Shown here one piece after another: positions 1 through 9,380 of a DNA stretch of 64,000 bases. The stretch spans positions 1-64,000 of the forward strand of contig JAMDHS010000092.1 in the NCBI GenBank assembly GCA_029717555.1. Reading direction: 5' to 3'. The stretch comes from Peribolospora baueri. Its lineage: Eukaryota. A program made the position numbers and the translations under genes. The notes beneath the pieces were generated by a model, which had not been told where the DNA came from, made no database searches, and was given only the letters and a program-made list of their open reading frames with translations. The stretch's first letter is position 1. The number at the start of each line of letters is the position of its first letter.

Positions 1-1082
1 GACGTTGGGACAGGGATGACCCAGGCAGATGTTCGGAAAGCGGGCCTCCTGGATAGAAGGGGAGGAGAAAGCCGCAGACGAGAACGGGCGAAGAGGGTTC
101 TTGTTGTTCTCCTCCTGGGGCTTGTGTCGCAGAGGAGGGAATCGTAACCAGTCCGAGAGGAGCCGAAACGATGGAAGGATGAGGCGGAATGGAAAGCAGG
201 ACGGACAGCTCGTTGTAAAAGCTCGAGAGCATATGTTCGGCGGATTTGGCACGCAGATGGAGTTGGCCAGGATGGATGAACTTGAGCGCGACTTGTTGCT
301 TGTCCGAGACGGGATTTTTGCCGTTGAGGCCCCTTAATTCGCCGTGGTCAAAAGGCGATGATGCGCCCTCCTTGGGCCTGAGAAGACGGGCGGGGAAAAC
401 CAGACCGCTGCTCGAATCCAACCCGTCATCAATATCCAAGTCGGCCAAGCCGTAACAGACTGGGTTGATGCGCACACTCTCCTTCTGTAGTGTCCCGCCT
501 ATCATCGTTGTCCCCGTCGGGCCGGTGTGCGGCTCGTCCCTTTCCGGTCGGAAATGAGCGCAGGACATCGTTGACGGTCTTGAGACGCGTAAGATAGTTG
601 TCGGACCTCATGATGTCTCCGTCCACGCGCACGCGGACGTTGTCCATAGTCGTCGTAGAAGGAGAAGGGAGTTCGATGCACTCCTCGCTCCTCTGCTCGG
701 GCTTGTGAGCAAGGATGGATTGATGTGATCCCCCGACTTGTGCGGCTGCAGCGTCCGACTCGGTGAATGCGCTAACCTGCCAATACAGGCCAGCCGAACG
801 CTCGCCGTCACGCTGGTCGGCTTCGAGGCAGGCGTCCAAAGCAGGCCCCACCACCCTCTCCACCCACCCGCTGCACCTCACCGTATCTCTCACATCCCTC
901 CATAGCTCCTCTTCACCTTCATACCGCTGCAAGTTGGCACAAACGATCCGAGATTCGAACGAATTGGGCTGGAGAGGGTCAGCGACGAAGAGAACGTCGA
1001 CGAGAGAAGAGGAGCGCTTGAAAGAGAAGGAGAGAAACGTCTCGTCCTCCGAGAGAGAGCATCCGAAGGACTCGAACGACAT
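1..1082 (-). CDS. Protein kinase-like protein, 3' end runs off the window
   Basis: Manual translation of the minus strand below ~380 gives QVALKF (subdomain II Lys), FYNELSVLLSIPPHPSIV (alphaC Glu and HPxIV) and GFLLPFYPGGPLSEHL (hinge). It joins by splicing to the ORF starting MSFESF at 1082. The catalytic loop is outside the window. Confidence 0.65.
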
Positions 1083-1358
1083 TTTGGATCGGTTAGAGGA
1101 TCGAGACGAGAAGAGAAGAGAACCGAAGTGAAGTGCGAGTCCTACGATGGAACTGAAGGGAGGGAATCGAGGTTGTCTCCCTGTCATTCCACAGTCCCAT
1201 ATATAGTTTCGCACGCGCCTTTCAACAACCCGCCTTGGAAACGAGGGCCCACCTCGACATGACTCGACCTTGGAGCTTAAGCGGGTCTGGCCCACCTCAT
1301 TCTATTCCACCGTCGACTTCTGAAAGCAAAATCCAGCCGATTGCCAGCCTTATACAAG

Positions 1359-1997
1359 ATGGCTCCTTACCTAGTCCATCAATATCATCCTCTACTCTAT
1401 CAAGCTCTCCCAGATGTGGAGCCGGCAGTCGACGAGTTCAAGGCGGTGGATAAAACGATGGGCGTGTTAGATGCCATCCGCACCGTTATCCTGCGCCATG
1501 ATGCCCAAGACATCTACGGCGTGCAAATCCTACACAACCATTTCAACATGAGCGATGACGAGAGGCTCGTCGCCTTCGGACAGGTCAGCTTCCCGAACGA
1601 CGTCAAGACGCTCACCGAGAGAGCCAATGCGAACATCCAACCCGCCGCTTGGATCCTCAAGCCAAACGGAGCCTTTCCGTACGAGTTCAACTACAAAGAA
1701 CGTGACAAGTACGAGGAGCCCGATCCGAAGTTTTTTGCTGAGGTCTACAACGTCCTTCAAGATAAGCATGCCGCACACCTGCTCGGCCTCGTCCACCTCT
1801 CCGGAAAAATGTTCGGCATGGAGCAGACGGAGGGACGGGCGAATGTCGTGGTCCCCGAAGGTATCAACGAGGATGATGGCGAGTATTTGGAGGTCCTCTG
1901 GGCCTTCAACTCCATCGTGCCCCATGGCCGGTGCAAAGTGAAATGCAAGGGGGACAAACACGAACAGCGTCACTTAAATGCGTATGGAAGGCCTTAA
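1359..1997 (+). CDS. Intronless hypothetical protein (212 aa) with YGVQILHNHF and FPYEF motifs and a C-terminal CxxxC-x4-H-x3-H
   Basis: Clean ATG-to-TAA ORF with typical codon bias and globular composition. TATATA at ~1200 lies in the short divergent spacer. Confidence 0.75.
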   Translation: MAPYLVHQYHPLLYQALPDVEPAVDEFKAVDKTMGVLDAIRTVILRHDAQDIYGVQILHNHFNMSDDERLVAFGQVSFPNDVKTLTERANANIQPAAWILKPNGAFPYEFNYKERDKYEEPDPKFFAEVYNVLQDKHAAHLLGLVHLSGKMFGMEQTEGRANVVVPEGINEDDGEYLEVLWAFNSIVPHGRCKVKCKGDKHEQRHLNAYGRP

Positions 1998-2117
1998 ATT
2001 GGAGCTGTTCTGGCAATTTTTTGAAGAGTGGAACGTCTCAGATGGGTAGTCTTAGGGAATAGTCCGGGCTTACCCAAGGATATATAAGGAGGATCTTCAG
2101 ATAGTGTTCCCCATCCG

Positions 2118-2203
2118 TCCTAGTCTCTATCCTACCAGTCTTTTACCTTAGTCCTTATCCCAGTCTTTATCCTAGTCCTTATCCCAGCTCTTACCCAGTC
2201 CCT
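2118..2203. repeat. Degenerate ~12-bp tandem repeat (YAGTCYTTATCC-like) in a possible LTR remnant
   Basis: tagtccttatcc / cagtctttatcc / tagtccttatcc / cagctcttaccc units follow a TATATAAGG box and precede the gag relic. Confidence 0.55.
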
Positions 2204-2685
2204 CGACTCTTGTCACCTGCTCTTGTCTAGAGGTGTTGGAGATTGGCGGCGACGAGCACCGTGGTTACGCGGCGGAAAGCGGACATGACTATATAGACAG
2301 CTGTTGTTACTGCGGTTTTCCTTTGCCCTCTCTTTTCCTCTTCCATCCTTGTATGGCATAGTTCAAGTCGAACATCATCACTGTACATACTTCTTAGCTA
2401 ACCGCTCGGCCGGCCCGTAATCGCTCATATCTAACCAGAGGTAGCTCCCGTGCGGCCTGTCCTCTAGTTCCTGTTCAGTCTATGTTACCTCAGTATCTCC
2501 ACCTGCTCCTAGCCAGAAAGGCCGAGTACATGGATGGAGAGATAAAAGGAGGAAGAGTGAGATGGATGTCGAGCAGGGAGAGGCGCGACGTAAACTTCAC
2601 GTGACCATTCCTGACGTAGGACGGATCAACCTTGCGCCCTGAGCTACCGACACCTTTGCGACCACCTGCCATCGCTTCCTACAAC

Positions 2686-3160
2686 ATGAGCGCCCCCGAC
2701 GCTTTCGATCTCAATGCAAGGAACAAGTACGCCAGTTGAGGGAGCGATTCGCTGCCGAAAACCGACGCATCCAGCAAGATAATTTGGAGATCCAAAAAAA
2801 GGCCAACCAAGCCTACCAGGCGCCTCCCCAGCCGGCCACAACCTATTCGGATGTTGTTAGCATCAAGGAGCCCCTACTATTCGATGGCCGCGACCGGCAT
2901 GCCGCAACGATGTTCCTTTTGCATCTCGGCCTGTATTTTGAAGTCTACCCCGACTACTTTCGGTCTGACAGGTTCAAGGCCCTCTTCGCGGCCTCGCACC
3001 TTTGAGGCATTCCGTTGAAATGGTTCATGCACTACCTTGACAAGCCAGAGTCAGCCATTATGCAAGACTACTCTAAGTTCACGGAGGAGTTTTTGCTTTT
3101 CTTTGGCGATCCTGGCCGGGAACCGTTCTCCACCCGCGAGCTACTGGCACCTAATGCAAG
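2686..3160 (+). mobile_element. Decayed Ty3/Gypsy LTR-retrotransposon gag fragment
   Basis: KEPLLFDGRDR...FLLHLGLYF...KALFAASHL*GIPLKWF...DYSKFTEEFLLFFGDP is a retrotransposon gag pattern. It has a frameshift after ATG 2686 and an in-frame TGA at 3003-3005, and is truncated at an (AAGGC)n run near 3160. No pol is present. Confidence 0.8.
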
Positions 3161-3616
3161 GCAAGGCAAGGCAAAGGCAAGGCCAGGGAAGGCCAGGAGT
3201 CCTTCGCAGCTGCTCGTCCTGTTCTCAACGCCAGCAGCGTCAGACAAAGTCGACCGCCTACGGCCGTTGGCGAGGAAGGAAGAAGCCACCCCACCGCGCC
3301 GGAGACGACGAGCTCGCGCCCCTAGGCCCAGCTCCGCTCCTCGTGCGACGTCGGGTCGAGAGGGCGGCGGTGCATCTCGGCTTGAATACTAGGTATGAAT
3401 GTGTATATATATATAAATCGCAAGATAAGATGAAAATACCGAGTGCAGTACGTACTGTACATGCATATATACACAATATCAAATACACCCTAGCGCAGCT
3501 CAGGGCGTCGAAGAAGGAGAGGCGCCGCCTCGGACCAAGCCCGTCGGCACGAGGCATGTTCGACGTATCGTTCGACAACCGACCGAGGCGATAAGGGACA
3601 GCCATGGAGACGGCAT

Positions 3617-4315
3617 TTAGCAACCGGAGCGGGCGTTGGTGGGGGTGAGGATCAGCTTTGCCTCCGCCTTGCGACGGTTGACGAGGCCGAGGAGGCCGCC
3701 GTTTGTGATAACGTGAGGAAGGGCGGAGGCGATGCCTACCCAGTTCCCTTCCTCAATTGCGGTGGGCCAGGTGCTCTGGAGACCTCCACAGCCGGCGTTG
3801 CTGGAAGAGGACATGGAGGGCGGGAGAGGGTCAGAGGAAGGCTTCGACGTAACCTGAGCGGCGGTCATAAAAGACTAACTAGGCAAAGTCGACCATGGCA
3901 GAAAATTGGTTAGCGTTGGCCTTGTCCATGCCCTTCATCGCACAAGCCTGCATGAGCCGAAGCGAAATCAGTGAGGGGTCAGCCAGTAGGAGAGCGATAT
4001 ATATGGACGAGATGAAGAAGAGCGTGCGAATGAGAGACTCACGCAGCGTTCGTATTGGGGCAGAGTCTGCTTGAGAAGGTCGGTGCATTGTGCCTTGCTC
4101 AGGGGCGGCTGGAGATGACTGCAAGAGTTGGCGTCGCAGTTGTAGCCGTAGCAGATGGTCCGGTGTCCGGTGGGATCTGTGTAAAAGTTGGCCCTGTAGC
4201 CCTCGAACTGCTCGATCAGGTCGATTCCCGCCTGGGTGACCTGCGCCGCAGAGCAGGAGTTGGCGAGGGTGAGGGCGAGGGCGGCGGAGAGGAAAGCGAG
4301 CAAGCGGAACTGCAT
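3617..4315 (-). CDS. Secreted GH24 (phage-type) lysozyme/muramidase, 3 exons (4315-4043, 3947-3880, 3800-3617), 174 aa
   Basis: Signal peptide MQFRLLAFLSAALALTLANSCSA; GIDLIEQFEG with the E-x8-D-x5-T triad (EGYRANFYTDPTGHRT); NQFSAMVDFAYNAG and GLVNRRKAEAKL are restored by two GT-AG introns. Confidence 0.9.
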
Positions 4316-4382
4316 TGTGAGGTGGGAGGTAGTTTCTGTTGTGAGTCGATGGGGGTGTAAAGGAAGAGCACGACGAGGGCGA

Positions 4383-4390
4383 TTTATATA
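4383..4390 (-). promoter_or_regulatory. TATA box of the lysozyme gene
   Basis: TATATAAA on the minus strand ~70 bp upstream of the ATG. Confidence 0.55.
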
Positions 4391-5812
4391 CCTTGAAGGG
4401 GAGAGACGACTGGGAGACTATGCCGGCGGCGACGGGCGTGTGGCGGTAGAGTCACAAAGCCTGCTTGAGAGAGGCATTGATGACTGGAAGCTGAGAAAGT
4501 TTAGAGACGAGTGGCATGAAAGCGCAATGCATGAGGCAAGATGGGCGAGCTGGCGCCGAAGACAAGGATGGCGACGAAGATGCGAGATGACTGGCTTTCT
4601 AATGCAGATCCCGCTGCGCCCATGTGCTTCTCCTTGCCCTTGTCCTGCCACGAGGAGAAAAGTGGCGCCGATAGAAAGATCAGGGACGCCATCAAGGCAG
4701 CGGATCAGTTAGTGGAAGCTAGCGCCGCGTTCGTAGACGCCTTCTGTCGTGGTTAGAACAGAGCAGTGAGCCACGCGAAGGCGCGGAAGGGAGGGGGCCC
4801 TATTGCGATTACGTGGGCTTCTGGCGCCAAAGGCGATCAAGGGCGGCGCACGAAGGAAGCGTGAGTGCATGATTGGCGGCTGACATTAGCGGGCCATAGC
4901 GGCGAACACACATGGTCAAGGAGATGAGATGGACGCCAGCGGAGAAACGCCGCGATAAAATGTGGGCGGGCGGGCATATCATATGTCACACGGGCGTTCC
5001 TGCTGCTCCACGAGTCCGACCGCCTTGGCGCCTTGGCCGTCGGTCGTGGCCGTGGCCTATGGATGCGGATGCAAGGCGGAAGGATGGAAAGGATGAAAGG
5101 AAGGTGCATGATCGACGCCGCACCCGGGACCTGCTGCGGCACCCTCGCTGCCGCCGGACACTGAGGCCGTGCGCCAACGGGCTGCCGCCTCCACGGCGTC
5201 GTCCTGTCCGTCATGCGACGGGCACCTACCTGCCCGGAACGAGCACGAGCCTTTGCGGCGCTGACGCTCTCAGTGGGCTCGTCGCTCACCCGCCATGCGG
5301 ATCACCATCACCATGTTGCGCCCGCGCATATCTCAAGCCAGCCCACTTACCGAATAGAATAGGCGAAGAAGCGGGAAGGTTAGAGGGGAGGGAGCGTGGA
5401 CTTCGTCGTCGATCGTTCGATCGTGTCGATGACGGACAGACGTAACCCTAAAGTTGTTGTAACCCTAAGCTGGCCTTTTGGGCCTCGGCTGCGACGCTTG
5501 CACAGGACGGACTGACTGACTGGACTAGCTTGAGCTCCGGAGAGGCGAACAGGTTGGACGCCAGGTGCACCGGCGGCACCTGCTGGCCCCCCCACCCGGC
5601 TTTGATTACAAGTCACGCGCTTCGCCGCTCCTCCAACAGTGCACCGAATCGTTTGTACTCTAACGGAGTGGGAGGGAGAACCACGAATGGTACATGCGAA
5701 CAACAGCGACGAGCCATTGAGCCATCGACCCGGCCTGTTTAGCTAAGCTCAAAGGCCCTGGCCGGCCCTCTTAAGAGACAAACGAGCGTCCTCGTCCCGT
5801 GTACCTTCGCGC

Positions 5813-8800
5813 TCACCGCGCCCTGGTGACGCAGTAAAAGCTCAACCCCATTCTCGCCCTTTCCACCACGCCCTCCAACGTCCTTTCGTCCTCCGTCGTC
5901 CACCTCGGTCTCTCCTCGCCTCCGCCCTCCCCTCTCCCTTCGTACACCTGACCCTCCTTGGCGAGCTTCTTGAACGCCTTCTCAAACGCCGCTCGACGCG
6001 CGTTCAGCGCCGACATCGCACGCGGGTCCGAGTGGCCCGTGAGGAGGATGAGGAGAGCGTTAGCGGGAAGCTGAGAGTGCAGTCGTTCCAGACGGTCGTT
6101 CAGCGCTGTCAGCGCTTTCGCGATGGCCTCCGACTCGGGAGGCGAGGGGGAAGCTGAAGACGCCGACGACGCAGCGTCTTGGACGTCTCCGGAGACCGTG
6201 ATGGGCGCGCCGGTGGCCACCGCGTCCGCCTCAGAGCCTAGAGACGGGTCGGATGAGGCAGCAAGGGGAGAGGCGCCGTTCGTCTTCTTCCCCGGTGCCG
6301 TCGACGCCGCCGCCCCTCCGCCAATCCACCCAAGCATAGTGGCCAGCTCGCTGAACCTCCCGAACGTGAAATCATGTCCCTCCCTCGCGCACCGCACCAC
6401 GCCCTCCACAACCTCGTCGTCGTTCTCCACCGCCACGCACGTATTCGCCTTGGCCCCGTGCCAGTGCGAAGGGTCACCATAGTCGACGACCGCCGAGGTA
6501 CGTCCTCTGACCGACCGCACCGACGAAGACGAGGCATTGCGGAGGTGAGCGGTGGCGGGGTCGTGGAGCGTCGTGGTCATCATGGAGGACGAGTGGCTCA
6601 GAGCGGTTGGAGGACACCGAGCGAGGCGCGAAAAGATGGGCTCGACGTCCGAGCCGAACTCTCCGAAGAACGGGCCTGCGACGAGGTATTTATTGGTCAG
6701 TGGGGCAAGGAGAGGGTCCGCCGAGAACGGGAGAAGTGGACCGAGCGCCGACGCCAGCTCACCGTGCTTCAACTTGGCCTGCAACAGTTCCAAACAAGTC
6801 CTCGCGTCCTCCTCGGGATCGTGCCCCACTCTCTCCTCCTTAACCTCCTCCGCCGTCCCGTTGTGGGTCGAGCCCCCCCCCGGCACTGCGGTCGCGTTTA
6901 CGGTGATCTTGACCGGTACGATATGCGGTCGTTGGATCTCCTTATTGAGCCATTTCTGAGCGAGCCAGCGCAGCGAGGGCTTGAAAGGCGGCCGACGAGG
7001 GTGTTGGTACAGCAAAGCGGTATCGATAATGTGTGGGTGAGCCAGCTGCGTGCGTCGAACGAAGGAAGGAGAGTGAGGGAGGCGTAGCCAGAAGTCTTTG
7101 TCAGTGCGTGAACGAGTCGGGCATTAAGGTACATGGAAGGAACACGAAGAATATACCTTGAGCACCTTCAAGTCTGACTCCAAACTATGCCCGACGAGGA
7201 TGGTGTCGAAGTCGACGAGTTCAGCGAGCAAATGTCTTTGCACGTCCTCCAGTGTCGTCGTCACCGGGTCCAGTGCCTCTTTCGTCAGGCCGGAGAACTG
7301 AGTCAGGTAGTCTACCACAGGATTGGCAGGTTTGACGAGTGTGTCGTAGACAGGCTGCAGAGTTGACAGATCAACGACACATATTCGTCCCAGCTCTTGA
7401 CCGATCGTCGTCTGGCACTGTCGCGTGGCGAAAAGGAGGAAGAACGTGCGATTCGGGGGGCGACATTAAAAGAGAGCACATCGAATAAACTCGACGACTT
7501 CCTACTCACCATTTCACAATCCACTCCGAGGACTCTCATCCTTTTCTTCCCCTTTTTGCCACCTTTCCAAATGCCCATCCAATCCTCTCGCCCTCCGTTC
7601 GTCTTCTTTTCTTCTTCGGCAGGTCTCGGCGTCTCGACCCACCCGTCCCCTTTACTCCTTCTCACCACGTCCACCATGCTCCCATCGCCCGACCATCGTC
7701 CGCCCCATCGCTCCGTCTCTGCTTCTGCTGCACTACTGGATAGTCTCTCTGTGGGGGTCGCGAACGGTGAGGTGTGCCTGGCAGGAGCACCAGAAAGAGG
7801 GAAAGGCGAGGTGACCGAGGAGAGGTGAGACGTGGTGGAGAGGTAGGAAGGGAGCGGATAGTCGTGCTCGAGAAGTTGGGCGACAGTGAGAGTATACACC
7901 GAGGGGTCCTCTGTTTTTGGTTTTTGGCCCTCTGAGGAGGTTCAAGGAAGAAATACAATGTTGTCAACAATTTTAAGCTTGCTTTCAAACCCAATGACAT
8001 GGCATTATTGTCAACCCACGCTGCTCCCTCTCCAGCTTCTTCCTATCCTTTTCCCCTTTTGTAAGCGGCACCGTTAAAAGGGCCTGGAGGGAGCTGTGCA
8101 GTTTGCCCTTGTCGCCAGGTGCCTTGGTTGGACACGCGTGGCTGAACAGCCTAGGCATGACGGGAAGCACCAACGGGCCGCCCACCTTGGGAGCTGTAGG
8201 GCAGGTAGGATCAATAGTGGTATTGTCTCCGGCAGCATCGGCTTCGATCGGTTCAGACGGGGACACGGCTCTTGGGTCTGTCGGAGCGGAGGGCAAAGGA
8301 AATGGCCTTACGTTCGCGCTGGGAGAAGGCAAACAAGAGGGAGGAACGCCAAGAGTGGAAGGCTCGATCCCGGGCACGAGGAGGCAGACGACGCGGCGGA
8401 TCGAGCGCTTATTTTTAATAAGCATCCAGTTGGGTGCTGGGCCATCTCCGGCGACGTGCAGGATAAGTTCTCGGATATCCTGAGAAAAATCATCGGGCTT
8501 CGGTGTCAGACTAGAGCGCACGCGCAAAGAAAAAAAAAGGCTCGCATAAGTGGGATCATGGGCGCACCTTGATAGAGATCTTTTGTTGGAACCCTGCCAG
8601 AGCGAACCCAAGCTCCGGCTCCTCCTGCTGGTTACGGGTTGGACGAGGAAGGGAGGCGGGATCAGACACATTGCTCGGACGACTCCTGCGCATGATTAAC
8701 TTTTGAAAGAAAAGACGTACCTCCAGTTTCTCATCCTCTTTTCGCCGCTTTTTTGCCTTTCTCTTCTCTTCACGGGACATGCCGGCCGTGTCGCCCGTTG

Positions 8801-9112
8801 GAGAAGCGAGGGGTGACGATGAAGGCTGAGCGAGCTTAAAAACAAAGTTCGAAATCAGAAGGGTTCAGCCTCCATCAATATTGAAGCGTCTCCGGACTCG
8901 CTTGACCGTCCCTGGTAGCTGTCCGTGGCTCCACAGGCTGAGCCGAAGAGCACACGCTGATGCTGGCTCACCTCTTTATCGTCTCCCTCCCCAGCGACTG
9001 GAGAAGCCACCGTTTTCGTGGGAGCAATTGCCCCAGCAGACACAATAGGTCCAACGGTAACGGACCCCCGAGTTCCGGACAAGGTTGCCATCGCCTTTCG
9101 TTTCTTACCCAT
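5813..9112 (-). CDS. REX1: DEDDh 3'-5' RNA exonuclease, Rex1/RNH70/REXO1 family, multi-exon
   Basis: VLGVDCEM, VDYLTQFSG, ILVGHSLESDLKVL, IIDTALLY, PSLRWLAQKWL and GHDPEEDARTC motifs; basic N-terminus MGKKRK. Confidence 0.88.
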
Positions 9113-9380
9113 GGCGTCGTACTGTCCCGGACGAGGTAAAGGTGGAAGAAGAAAGCCGCCCAAGTCCAGAAAGTTGACCCCAGCAGGGATTCGCCGCAGC
9201 TCCGAAATTATTGCATCCGCTGCCGCTTCCGTCCGTCTGACTCCGATCGGTCTTCGATCACTCTTGCTGGGCGGAAGTCGAGCTCGAGAAGAAAGGACGG
9301 CTCGCAGCGGTCAGATTAGGACTGACTCTTTCTTCCACTGACGGCGACTGGCATCGACGTTGATGTGATCCGGATCCTTG

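Noticed and set aside
2027..2680. Complete LTR, or an LTR pair, for the Gypsy relic
   Set aside because: TG starts and TATA boxes are visible, but no second copy, clear CA end, primer-binding site or target-site duplication could be confirmed.
4420..5750. Overlapping 60-177 aa ORFs between the lysozyme and REX1
   Set aside because: Arg/Pro-rich translations typical of GC-rich non-coding DNA, with no coherent splice model or motif.
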